Below are positions 19,455 to 28,693 of a DNA stretch of 64,000 nucleotides, piece after piece. Each line of letters opens with the position of its first letter. The first letter of the stretch is position 1. The translations under genes and the position numbers were made by a program. The stretch spans positions 27,614 to 91,613 of the forward strand of contig CAVUYS010000068.1 of assembly GCA_963745745.1 (NCBI GenBank). Direction: 5' to 3'. The notes beneath the pieces were generated by a model. That model made no database searches and was not told where the DNA came from. It saw only the letters and a program-made list of their open reading frames with translations. This DNA comes from an uncultured Spirochaetota bacterium (GTDB taxonomy: Bacteria; Spirochaetota; Spirochaetia; SZUA-6; DRHE01).

Positions 19455-20800
19455 ATGGAGCGAAACCAGCCCAACTTCCCCGAGCTGCCGCTGCCGGAAA
19501 ACCTGGAGCGTTTTCCCGACCTGCACCCCTCCTTGGACGCCCGGTCCGCGGTCACCGAGGCCAACCGCTGCCTGTCCTGCTTCGACGCGCCCTGTACCGC
19601 CGCCTGCCCCACCCACATCGACGTGCCGCGCTTCATCAAGAAGATCGCCAGCGGCAACCTGCCCGGCTCCGCCAAGAGCATCCTGGAGGCCAACGTCCTG
19701 GGATTGAGCTGCTCCCGGGCCTGCCCGGTGGAGGTGCTCTGCGAGGGGGCCTGCGTGATGCACCGCTACAACCAGAAGCCCATCGAGATCGGCAGGCTGC
19801 AGCGCTACGCCATGGAGGACTTCTTCGCCAACTGGCAGGCCTCCAGCCCGCCACCGCCGGTGAGCCACCCGGAAAAGGTGGCCTGCGTCGGCGGCGGGCC
19901 CGCCTCCCTGGCCTGCGCGGCGGAGCTGCGCCGCGCGGGATACGCGGTGACCGTGTTCGACAACCGCCCCCTGCCCGGGGGCCTGACCACCTACGGGGTG
20001 GCGGAGTACAAGCTGCGCGCCTCCGACAGCCAGCGCGAGGTGGAAAGGCTGGCCGCCCTGGGCGTGGAGTTCCGCCGGGGGGAGGTGGGCAGCGACCCGA
20101 GCCTGGAGCAGCTGGAGTCGGAGTTCACCCTGGTCTTCCTCGGCCTGGGCCTGGGGGCCATGCAGCGCCTGGGCATCCCCGGAGAGCAGGCCGCCGGAGT
20201 GCTGGACGCCCTCAGCTTCATTGCCCGGTACAAGACCGCACCCCGGCTTCGCGGTGGGCCGCCGGGTGGTGGTGATCGGGGGAGGCAACACCGCGATCGA
20301 CGCCGCCAATGCGGCCCGCCGCCTGGGAGCCGAGGAGGTCCATGCTGTTCTACCGGCGCACCGAGAGCCAGATGCCGGCCTTCCCCTTCGAGTTCGAGCA
20401 CTCCCTGCTGGAAGGGGTGAAGTTCCACTGGCTGGCCCAGCCGCTGGAAATCACGGTCCAGGACGGCCGCGCGGCCGCCGTGCGCTTCCTGCGCACGCGC
20501 CTGGCCGGGCCGGACGCCGGCGGGCGGCGGCAGCCGGAGCCCGTCCCGGGTTCCGAGTTCGAAGTGCCCTGCGACCTGGTGATCCCCGCGCTGGGACAGG
20601 CCCGCCTGGCCGAGCTGTGGGGGCAGGCCCGCGGCATCCGCCTGGAGGGCGGCCTGATCGCGGTGGAGCGCGGCAGCGGGCGGACCAGCAATCCGCGCTA
20701 CTACGCCGGCGGGGACTGCGTCAACGGCGGGCGCGAGGTGGTGGACGCGGTGGCCGACGGCAAGCGGGCCGCCCTGGCGATGAAAGAGGCGATGGAGACC
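19455..20800 (+). CDS. preT: NAD-dependent dihydropyrimidine dehydrogenase subunit PreT (GltD-like), two apparent frameshifts (about 20240, 20335)
   Basis: MERNQPNF...EANRCLSCFDAPCTAACPTHIDVPRFI (Fe-S) and VACVGGGPASLACAAEL (FAD fold) lie in ORF 19116..20420. It continues as VVVIGGGNTAIDAANAA (ORF 20221..), then YYAGGDCVNGGREVVDAVADGKRAA (ORF 20309..). The 3' boundary with preA is unresolved (see findings). Confidence 0.8.
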
Positions 20801-22178
20801 ATGGCTGATCTTTCCACGGTGTTCATGGGCATTCGCTTCCCCCAACCCCTTCTGGCTGGCCTCCGCGCCGCCGACCAACAGCGGCGAGCAGATCATGCGG
20901 GCCTTCGACGCGGGCTGGGGCGGCGCGGTGTGGAAGACCATCGGGGAGCCGGTCGTCAACACCGCTTCGCGCTACTCCTCGGTGGACTGGAACGGCCAGC
21001 GCATGATGGGCCTGAACAACATCGAGCTGATCTCCGACCGCCCGGTGGAGGACAACCTGCGGGAGATCGCCGAGGTCAAGAAGCGCTACCCGCAGCCACG
21101 CGGTGATCGCCTCCCTGATGGTGGAGTCCAAGCGGGAGGCCTGGCACGACATCGTCAAGCGCGCGGAGGACGCCGGGGCCGACGGCCTGGAGCTGAACTT
21201 CGGCTGCCCGCACGGGATGAGCGAGCGCGGCATGGGCGCCGCGGTGGGGCAGGTGCCCGAGTATTCCTGCCAGATCACCGAGTGGGTCAAGGAGGCGGCG
21301 CGCACCCCGGTGATGGTCAAGCTCACGCCGAACGTCACCGACATCCGCCTGGTGGCCCGCGCCGCCCGCCGCGGCGGGGCCGACGCGCTGTCGGCCATCA
21401 ACACCATCAACTCCATCACCGGCATCGACCTGGACACCCTGACCCCGCGGCCGGACGTCGGCGGGATGTCGGCCCACGGCGGCTACTGCGGGCCGGCGGT
21501 CAAGCCCATCGCGCTGCACCTGGTGCAGCAGATCGCCTCCGACCCGGAGGTGGGCCTGCCCATCTCGGGCATCGGCGGGATCAGCGGCTGGCGGGAGGCC
21601 GCGGAGTTCATCCTGCTGGGCTGCGGCACCGTGCAGGTGTGCACGGCGGTCATGCACTACGGCTACCGCATCGTGGAGGACATGATGCGACGGGCTTTCC
21701 AACTGGATGGACGAGAAGGGCTACCGCGGCCTGGAGGACTTCCGCGGGCGCGAGCCTGGGCCGGGTCACGGAGTGGAAGCACCTGGACCTGAACTACAAG
21801 ATCGTGGCCCGCATCGATTCCTCCAAGTGCATCGGCTGCGACCTGTGCTACGTGGCCTGCTGGGACGGGGCGCACCAGTGCATCCACCACGAAGGCCGCC
21901 CGCTGCCCGCCGCCCTGGAGGCGGCCAGCCGGGCGAGCATCACCGTGACCCCGATCGCCAAGCTGGACCGGGGCGGCAATGGCCACGGGGAAGGCTCCGC
22001 GCCCGCCCTGCAGGTACCGTTCGTGGACGAGGAGGAGTGCGTGGGCTGCAACCTCTGCTCCCTGGTCTGCCCCGTGGAGAGCTGCATCACCATGGAGAAG
22101 GTGGAAACCGGAAAGCCCAAGGAGAGTTGGGAGCAGCGCACCGCGGGCCGCACCTACAGCCGGCCCGGACAAGCCTGA
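20801..22178 (+). pseudogene. preA: NAD-dependent dihydropyrimidine dehydrogenase subunit PreA, about five apparent frameshifts (about 20845, 21095, 21695, 21755)
   Basis: MADLSTVFMGIRFP, then (shifted) MRAFDAGWGGAVWKTIGEP...NIELISDRP. Next IASLMVES...GLELNFGCPHGMSERGMGAAVGQ...VKLTPNVTDI...GGYCGPAVKPIALH...SGIGGI (ORF 21103..). Then MDEKGYRGLEDFRG. Finally the C-terminal 2x[4Fe-4S] segment CIGCDLCYVAC...CVGCNLCSLVCP, ending at 22178. Confidence 0.85.
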
Positions 22179-22190
22179 GAAGGGGAGGCA

Positions 22191-23594
22191 ATGGCCAGCA
22201 CGCTGATCCGCAACGGGAAGGTGGTCACCGCCGCGAAAACGCGGGCCGCGGACGTCCTGATCGAAGGGGAGCAGATCAAGGAGGTGCGGCCGGGCATCCC
22301 GGCTTCGGCCGCCGGGCGGGTGATCGACGCCGCGGGGCCTGTACGTGCTGCCCGGGCGGCATCGACGCCCACACGCACCTCGACATGCCCTTCGGCGGCA
22401 CCACCTCCAGCGACGATTTCGAAACCGGCACGCGCGCGGCGGCCTTCGGCGGGACCACCACCCTCGTGGACTTCGCCATCCAGGCCCGCGGGCACGCGCA
22501 TGCGCGCAGGCGCTGGACACCTGGTGGAAGAAGGCCGAGGGCAGCGCCGGCATCGACTACGGCCTGCACATGATCATCACCGACCTGGGCGAGGCGGGCC
22601 TGGAGGACATGGACGACATGGTGCGGGAGGGCGTGGCCAGCTTCAAGCTGTTCATGGCCTACCCCAACGTGCTGATGGTGGACGACGCCACCATCTTCAA
22701 GGCCCTGTCGCGCAGACGGCGAAAAACGGCGCCCTGATCTGCATGCACGCGGAGAACGGCAGCGTGATCGACGTGATCGTGCGCCAGGGCCCTGGCCGAG
22801 GGCAAGACCGCGCCCGGTCTACCACGCGCTGACCCGCCCGCCCCGCGCCGAGGCGGAGGCGGTGCACCGCGCCATCGCCCTGGCCGAGATCGCCGGCGCG
22901 CCGGTCTACATCGTGCACCTGTCCTCGGAGGACGCGCTGAACGAGGTGCGGGAGGCGCGCGACCGCGGGGTGCCGGCCTACGCCGAGACCTGCCCGCAGT
23001 ACCTGCTGCTGTCCGTGGAGGAGCTGGAGCGCCCGGGCTTCGAGGGGGCCAAGTACGTGTTCACCCCGCCGCTGCGCCCGAGGGAGCACCAGCCCAAGCT
23101 CTGGGACGGCCTGAAGCAGGACCACCTGCAGGTGGTCTCCACCGATCACTGCCCCTTCTGCTTCGAGGACCAGAAGGTCCTGGGCAAGGACGACTTCACC
23201 AAGATCCCCAACGGCGGCCCCGGCATCGAGAACCGCCTGCAGCTGCTCTATCACCACGGGGTGAACGCCGGGCCAGCTCTCCCTGAACCGCTTCGTGGAG
23301 CTGACCTCCACCACCCCGGCCCGCCTGTTCGGCATGTACCCGCGCAAGGGGGAGATCGCCCCGGGCAGCGACGCGGACCTGGTGCTCTGGGACCCGCAGG
23401 CGCCGCACACCATCAGCGCCAAGACGCACCACATGCGGGTGGACTACTCGATGTTCGAGGGCTTCCAGGTGCGGGGCAACGCCCGCCAGGTGTTCTCGCG
23501 CGGAGAGCTGATCGTGGACGGGGAGCGCTTCCTGGGCCGGCCGGGGCGGGGGCGCTACCTGAAGCGAAAGCCCCACGGCGGGGCCTGGAAATAG
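22191..23594 (+). pseudogene. hydA: Dihydropyrimidinase (D-hydantoinase), about seven apparent frameshifts
   Basis: The reconstructed sequence spans three frames. It reads MASTLIRNGKVVT...VIDAAG / LYVLPG / GIDAHTHLDMPFGGTTSSDDFETGTRAAAFGGTTTLVDF / ALDTWWKKAEGSAGIDYGLHM...SFKLFMAYPN / KNGALICMHAENG / LAEGKTAP / ...VHRAIALAEIAGAPVYIVHLSS...STDHCPF / ELTSTTPARLFGMYPRKGEIAPGSDADLVLWDP. Switches lie near 22337, 22357, 22500, 22718, 22797, 22823 and 23275. Confidence 0.85.
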
Positions 23595-23613
23595 GCCGCG
23601 CGGGCGCGGGGGC

Positions 23614-23642
23614 TTGGAAATATTTATAATATCGATTATAAT
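23614..23642 (+). promoter_or_regulatory. Sigma70-type promoter (TTGGAA-17 nt-TATAAT) with an overlapping inverted repeat, placed to give a leaderless RHH transcript
   Basis: TTGGAA lies at 23614-23619, followed by a 17-nt spacer and TATAAT at 23637-23642; the ATG is 6 nt later at 23649. The inverted repeat TTATAAT-ATCG-ATTATAA (23624-23641) sits across the spacer and -10. It is the only strongly AT-rich patch in the window. Confidence 0.5.
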
Positions 23643-23648
23643 TATTTC

Positions 23649-23795
23649 ATGGCAGCCATCCTCGTGAAAGACGTGCCCGACGAGTTGCGAAACTTCTTCA
23701 AGGCGCTCTGCGCCGAGCGGGGAAAGACCATGCGGGAAGGAATCATCGAGCTGATGCGCAAGGCGGTTGAGAGCCGGCGCGGTGCCAGGAGGTAG
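23649..23795 (+). CDS. Ribbon-helix-helix (Arc/MetJ, antitoxin-like) DNA-binding protein, 48 aa
   Basis: It is below the ORF-track size cutoff. The translation is MAAILVKDVPDELRNFFKALCAERGKTMREGIIELMRKAVESRRGARR*. The N-terminal beta strand (ILVKDVP) plus two helices is the classic RHH layout. Confidence 0.65.
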   Translation: MAAILVKDVPDELRNFFKALCAERGKTMREGIIELMRKAVESRRGARR

Positions 23796-23798
23796 AGC

Positions 23799-24239
23799 GT
23801 GAGGTTTTTCCAGGCGGGCAATCTCAAGGATCTGACGGCGGAGGATCTGGATGAGCTGCGGAAGGAAATCCGGACCCTGAAGCGGGAGCTCGGCGCCGAG
23901 CTGCTGGGCAGGCAGAGGAGCTGCGCGCACTGCGGGCAGCGCATCGGCGACTGCCTGCGGGGGGCCAAGTACTGCTCCGCCTGGCACAGGCACCTGGACG
24001 CTCACCGCGACCGCCCGCCCGGCTCCCGGCTGCAGTTCGAGTGCAGGCGCGCCCTGCACCGGCTCAAGGCCCTGCGCCAGCCGGCCGCCAGGTCCGGCGG
24101 CGACGGGGCGGAGGCAGCAGCGCCCACCGGCATGCCGGCGGCGCTGCGCAGCATGCGCATCCGCCGGATCCTGAAGGAATTCCGCTCGATCACCGGAGAG
24201 GCCCTCAAGAGCTCCCTGCGCTCCCTGCGGGGCTCCTGA
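23799..24239 (+). CDS. Hypothetical basic protein with a CxxC...CxxxH zinc-ribbon-like motif (146 aa)
   Basis: The GTG start lies 3 nt after the RHH stop. G/C-rich third positions. The motif CAHCGQRIGDCLRGAKYCSAWHRH resembles small CxxCG...(K/R)YCS zinc-ribbon modules. It has an N-terminal coiled-coil-like segment and an Arg-rich tail. It is not PIN, RelE or MazF-like. Confidence 0.45.
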   Translation: MRFFQAGNLKDLTAEDLDELRKEIRTLKRELGAELLGRQRSCAHCGQRIGDCLRGAKYCSAWHRHLDAHRDRPPGSRLQFECRRALHRLKALRQPAARSGGDGAEAAAPTGMPAALRSMRIRRILKEFRSITGEALKSSLRSLRGS

Positions 24240-24259
24240 GGGGAATAAAGGAGGAGCAC

Positions 24260-24556
24260 ATGCAGAAGAAGCTTTATGTCGGCGGCCTGTCATATTCAGT
24301 CACCGATGAGCAGTTGCGCAGTCTCTTCGCCGCCCACGGCACCGTGGAGTCCGCCAATGTCGTCAGGGACAAAAGCTCTGACAGCTCCCGCGGTTTCGGT
24401 TTCGTGGAAATGAGCAGCCAGGAGGAGGCCGAAAAGGCCATCGCCGCCTTGAACAATACGCAGTTCGAAGGCCGCAGCCTGAACGTCAACCTGGCCAAGC
24501 CGCGCGAGGACGGCCCCCGCGGGGGCGGCCGCGGCAGGCCCCAGAACCGCTGGTGA
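24260..24556 (+). CDS. RRM-type RNA-binding protein with an RGG tail
   Basis: RNP2 KLYVGGL and RNP1 RGFGFVEM motifs, with a C-terminal RGGGRGRPQNRW. A strong RBS AAGGAGGAG lies upstream. Confidence 0.9.
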   Translation: MQKKLYVGGLSYSVTDEQLRSLFAAHGTVESANVVRDKSSDSSRGFGFVEMSSQEEAEKAIAALNNTQFEGRSLNVNLAKPREDGPRGGGRGRPQNRW

Positions 24557-24561
24557 GCCGC

Positions 24562-24600
24562 ACCGGGAGCGGAGTCGGCCCACTCCCGGTTCTTTCCTTC
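24562..24600 (+). terminator. Probable rho-independent terminator after the RRM gene
   Basis: The stem ACCGGGAG (24562-24569) pairs with CTCCCGGT (24583-24590), followed by the T/C-rich TCTTTCCTTCC. Confidence 0.45.
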
Positions 24601-24629
24601 CCCACTCCCGGATAGTATCTTTTCCCTGC

Positions 24630-25608
24630 GTGCGTAATCCGATCCTGGCGCTCCTGGCCGGCGGTCTGGTCCTGACAGCCTGTTCCGCTCCGCTTTCCAC
24701 CGTGGCGCGCGGCACCGAAGCCATGGGCACGGTGGTCAACGTCACCGCGGCGGCCGGAAGCGAAGAGCTGGCCGGGCGGGCCGTGGAGGCCGCCTTCGCC
24801 GAGTTCCGCCGGCTGGACGCCCTGCTCAGCCATTACTCGGACCAGCTCGGAGGTGGGCCGCCTGAACCGGGAAGGCCGCCTGGCGGGGCCCTCCCCGGAG
24901 CTGCAGGACAACCTGCGAAAATCCCTGGAGTACGGCGCCCTGAGCGGCGGGGCCTTCGACATCACCGTGCAGCCGATCCTGGACCTCTACGACCGCAGCT
25001 TCCGCGAGCTGAAACGGGCCCCCACCGACGAGGAGGTCCGGCGGACCTTGCCCCTGGTGGACTACCGGCGCATCCAGCTGGCGGAGGGCTCCATCCGCCT
25101 GGGCCCCGGCCAGAAGATCACCCTGGGCGGGATCGCCAAGGGCTATGCCGTGGACCGGGCCCTGGAGATCATGCGGGCCATGGGCGTGCGCAACGCCCTG
25201 GTGGCCGGCGGCGGAGACATCCGCACCTTGGGGCGGGCGGAAGGCCGCCGCGACTGGCTGGTGGCCCTGCGCAATCCGCGCGATCCAAAGGATTTCATCA
25301 CCCGCATCCGCTGCACGGACCTGGCCGTTTCCACCTCCGGGGACTACGAGCGCTACTATGATCCGGACAAGAACTTCCACCACATCGTCAATCCGCTCAC
25401 CGGCTACTCGGCCACGGAGCTGATCTCCGTGACCATCGTGGGGCCCGCCTCCTTCGACGTCGACGCCCTGGCCACTACCGTCTTCGTGCTCGGCCTGGAG
25501 AAGGGGATGAAGCTGATCGGGTCCCTGAAGGGCTACGAAGGGCTGCTGATCACCCGCGACCGCCGCATCCACCGCACCGCCGGTTTCGCCCGCTACGAGC
25601 TGCCATAG
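24630..25608 (+). CDS. apbE: FAD:protein FMN transferase ApbE (lipoprotein), one apparent frameshift near 24847
   Basis: Lipobox LVLTAC. AFAEFRRLDALLSHYSDQ is followed in the next frame by EVGRLNREG...GGAFDITV...LGGIAKGYAVDRA...STSGDYERY...HHIVNPLTG (ORF 24853..25608). Confidence 0.85.
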
Positions 25609-25640
25609 AACCGCAATAACCGCAATATCGGAGGTATTCC

Positions 25641-26924
25641 ATGTCATCCCTGAATCCCACCCTGGTGGCCGACGGCATCTGGCGCCTTTCGGCCAACGCG
25701 GGGCAGGACATTTTGTTTGAAGGCCTGTGGCCCCTGCCGCATGGGGTGTCCATGAACTCGTTCCTGGTCAAGGGCCGGGAGTGCGCCCTGATCGACGGGG
25801 TCTGCGGCTGGGACGGGGTGCCCCAGACCCTGCTGGCCCAGCTGGAGCGCATGGGGGTGCGCCTGCAGGACATCCGCTACGTCGTGCTCAACCACCTGGA
25901 GCCGGACCACACCGGCTGGCTGGAGCCCTTCGCCCGCCTGCACCCGGACTTCACGCTCTGCGCCAGCGCCCGGGGGTTGGGAATGGCCGACTCCTTCTAT
26001 GGCCTGGGCCAGGAGCGGCGAGCGGTCGGCACCGGGGACCAGCTGGAGCTGGGCGGGGGCAAGGTCCTGGAGTTCCACGAGATCCCCAACGTGCACTGGC
26101 CGGAAACCATCGCCACCTGGGAGCCGGGCACGGGGACCCTGTTCTCCTGTGACGCCTTCGGCTCCTTCGGGGCCATCGGCGAAGCCCCCTACGACGACCA
26201 GCTTTCCGAGCCCGAGCTGGCGCTGTTCGAAGAGGAAAGCCTGCGCTACTTCGCCAACATCCTGGCCGCCTTCTCCTCCTCGGTGGAGCGGGCCCTGCGC
26301 GCCCTGAAGGCCCTGCGGCCCCGGATCGTGGCCCCGGCCCACGGCCCGGTCTGGCGCCGGGACCCGGGACGCATCCAGTCCTGGTACGAGCGCTACTGCG
26401 CCTGGGGGCGCGGGCCGGCCGAGCCGGAAATCACGGTGATCTGGGGCAGCATGTACGGCATGACCGAGCGGGCGGTGGCGAGCGTGCTGGAGGGCATCGC
26501 CGAGGAAGGGGTGCGGGCCCACGTGTTCCGCGTCCCGCAGAGCCACGTCTCGCCCATCCTGGCCGCGGCCTGGCGATCCACCGGCATCGCCGTCGGCGCT
26601 CCGGTCTACGAATACCGCCTGTTCCCGCCGGTGGCCGCCGTCCTGGACGAGTTGGCCCGCAAGAAGGTGGTGCGGAAGAAGGTCCTGGCCTTCGGCTCCT
26701 TCGGCTGGCTGGCCGGAGGGGGCGGCAAGGAGCTGGCGGAGATCGTGGAGCGCTATCGGCTGGGCTGGGAGCTCCTGCCCCCGGTGGAGTTTCCTGGCGC
26801 CCCGCGGGAGGAGGCTCAGGCCAGGCTGCGGGAAGCCGGGCGCGGGCTGGCCCGCGAAGTCCGGGCCGCCTCGGCGGACTCGGGCAGCACGCGGGCGCAG
26901 CCCAGGCAGGTCTCCCCGTCGTAG
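25641..26924 (+). CDS. Flavodiiron protein (metallo-beta-lactamase-like diiron domain plus flavodoxin-like domain)
   Basis: The motif LNHLEPDHTG is a diiron ligand motif. WPETIATWEPGTGTLFSCDAFG is also present. The C-terminal flavodoxin-like half has VIWGSMYGMTE...GAPVYEY. RBS GGAGG. The last ~35 codons overlap the convergent mnmA tail, so the exact stop is uncertain. Confidence 0.8.
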   Translation: MSSLNPTLVADGIWRLSANAGQDILFEGLWPLPHGVSMNSFLVKGRECALIDGVCGWDGVPQTLLAQLERMGVRLQDIRYVVLNHLEPDHTGWLEPFARLHPDFTLCASARGLGMADSFYGLGQERRAVGTGDQLELGGGKVLEFHEIPNVHWPETIATWEPGTGTLFSCDAFGSFGAIGEAPYDDQLSEPELALFEEESLRYFANILAAFSSSVERALRALKALRPRIVAPAHGPVWRRDPGRIQSWYERYCAWGRGPAEPEITVIWGSMYGMTERAVASVLEGIAEEGVRAHVFRVPQSHVSPILAAAWRSTGIAVGAPVYEYRLFPPVAAVLDELARKKVVRKKVLAFGSFGWLAGGGGKELAEIVERYRLGWELLPPVEFPGAPREEAQARLREAGRGLAREVRAASADSGSTRAQPRQVSPS

Positions 26925-27934
26925 AACACCGTGAACTGCCCCGGGGCGATGCCGGGGTCCCCGCGCTCCAGGCTGACCTCCCAGTTGCCCCCGCCTGCCG
27001 GGCGGGCCGTGGCAGGGATCGTGGTTGGACCGTGCCTCAGCTTCACCGCCAACTTCCGGCCGGGCAGCGGCGGACCGCCGATCCAGTGCCCGGGCCCCAC
27101 CCGGTAGCGGTCCCGGACCTCGGCGGCCAGGTGCAGGCGGTGCGTGACGCGCACGGTGTTGCCCAGAGGCTCCTTGGCCGCCACGTACCAGGGCCCGCCG
27201 GCCAGGCCCAGGCCGGCGCGCTGGCCGATGGTGAAGAACCAATGCCCCGGGTGCTCGCCCAGGATGCGGCCGCTGCCCAGCTCCACGATCGGCCCGGCCT
27301 GCCTCCCCAGGAAATAGCGCAGGAAGCCGCGGTAATCGATGCGTCCCAGGAAACAGATGCCCTGGCTGTCCGGGCGACTTTGGGTGGGCAGGTCCCAGGC
27401 CCGGGCCAGCTCCCGCACCCGGGGCTTGGTAAGCTCGCCCAGGGGAAACAAGGCGCGGCCGAGCTGCTCGCGGTCCAGGTGGGCCAGGAAGTAGGTCTGG
27501 TCCTTCACGGGGTCCGGGGAGGCCAGCAGGCGCAGGTCCGGCCCCTGCCCGTGCAGGCGCGCGTAATGCCCCGTGGCCACGCGCTGGAAGCCCGGGCCGA
27601 TGCGCTCCAGGAAGGCACCGAACTTGATGCGCTGGTTGCAGAACAGGTCCGGGCTGGGGGTGAAACCCGCCCGCAGCTCCTCCAGCGCGTAGTCCACCAC
27701 CCGCTCGCGGTATTCCTTCTGCATGGGCAGCACCTCCAGGGGCACGCCCAGCGCGCGGCAGACGGCCTCGGCGAAGCGCAGGTCCTCCTCCCAGGGGCAA
27801 TCCCCGAAGCGCAACGGATCGTCGGCCAGCCATACTTTGAGGTAGAAGGCGGTGGGCCGATGGCCCTGCTGCAGCAGCAGCCTCAGGGCCACCGAGCTGT
27901 CCACCCCGCCGGACAGCAGCACCGCGACTTTCAC
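26816..27934 (-). CDS. mnmA: tRNA 2-thiouridine(34) synthase MnmA
   Basis: This is the C-terminal part of the chimeric ORF 26816..28690, from GTG 27934. Motifs: VAVLLSGGVDSSVA (PP-loop), TPSPDLFCNQRIKFGAF, ATGHYAR, KDQTYFL and DSQGICF. The start overlaps the upstream stop as GTGA. Confidence 0.85.
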   Translation of the reverse strand: MKVAVLLSGGVDSSVALRLLLQQGHRPTAFYLKVWLADDPLRFGDCPWEEDLRFAEAVCRALGVPLEVLPMQKEYRERVVDYALEELRAGFTPSPDLFCNQRIKFGAFLERIGPGFQRVATGHYARLHGQGPDLRLLASPDPVKDQTYFLAHLDREQLGRALFPLGELTKPRVRELARAWDLPTQSRPDSQGICFLGRIDYRGFLRYFLGRQAGPIVELGSGRILGEHPGHWFFTIGQRAGLGLAGGPWYVAAKEPLGNTVRVTHRLHLAAEVRDRYRVGPGHWIGGPPLPGRKLAVKLRHGPTTIPATARPAGGGNWEVSLERGDPGIAPGQFTVFYDGETCLGCARVLPESAEAARTSRASPRPASRSLA

Positions 27935-28690
27935 GTCCGGATGTCGCGGGCCACCTCCGCCCGCCGGGCGGCCTGCTGCAGCTTGCGGGAGCCGGCCAGG
28001 AGGCGGAACATCAGATGATTCAGCCAGCGGAACAGGGGGGGCAGGGTCTTGTCGCGCAGCAGGTCGCAGAACAGCACCACCCGCCGCTGGCCGCTCTTGT
28101 TCCAGACTTCGTGCAGGTAGGTGTCGTCGAAAAGCACGTCCTGCCCCTCGCGCCAGTGGTACTCCTGCCCGCCCACGATGATGTACACGGGCGCGTCCTG
28201 AGGCACCACCAGGGCCAGGTGGTAGCGCAGCACGCTCTTGAAGAAGCCCACGTGGGGAGGGATGTGCTTGCCGCCGTCGATGATGGAGAACATGGCCGTG
28301 GAGATCAGCGGCAGGCGCCGCAGCAGCTCGGTGGTCCGGGGCGCCCGGGCGCAGTTCTGGGGCAGCCAGCGGTTGAAGCCCTTGAGGAAGAAGGTGCGCC
28401 AGGCCACGTTGTCCTTGGCCGAGATGAAGCGCTGCAGGCTGTCCACCTCGTGGAATTTGGGAATGGACTCCACGTCCTCCAGGAGCTTCTCGGCCTCCTC
28501 CTGGATCAGCTTCCAGTTCTCCCGCAGCAGGCGGGCCTCGGGGAACACCTTTTCGACCTCCAGGAAGGGAGGGTTCTTCACGAACAGCTCGATCAGCTTG
28601 GAGAACAGGAACGCGTACAGGAAACGGCTCCAGCAGGTAGACCGCGACGGCCAGCACCACCAGCGAACCCACGATATACAGGGCGATCAT
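27931..28690 (-). CDS. Aspartyl/asparaginyl beta-hydroxylase-family (LpxO-like) protein with an N-terminal TM helix, one apparent frameshift near 28625
   Basis: MIALYIVGSLVVLAVAVYLLEP (start of ORF 26816..28690) continues in ORF 27931..28581 as FLYAFLFSKLIELFVKNPPFLE.... The 2-His-1-carboxylate region IIDGGKHIPPHVG...FDDTYLHEVWN is typical of the family. Confidence 0.75.
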
Positions 28691-28693
28691 CCG

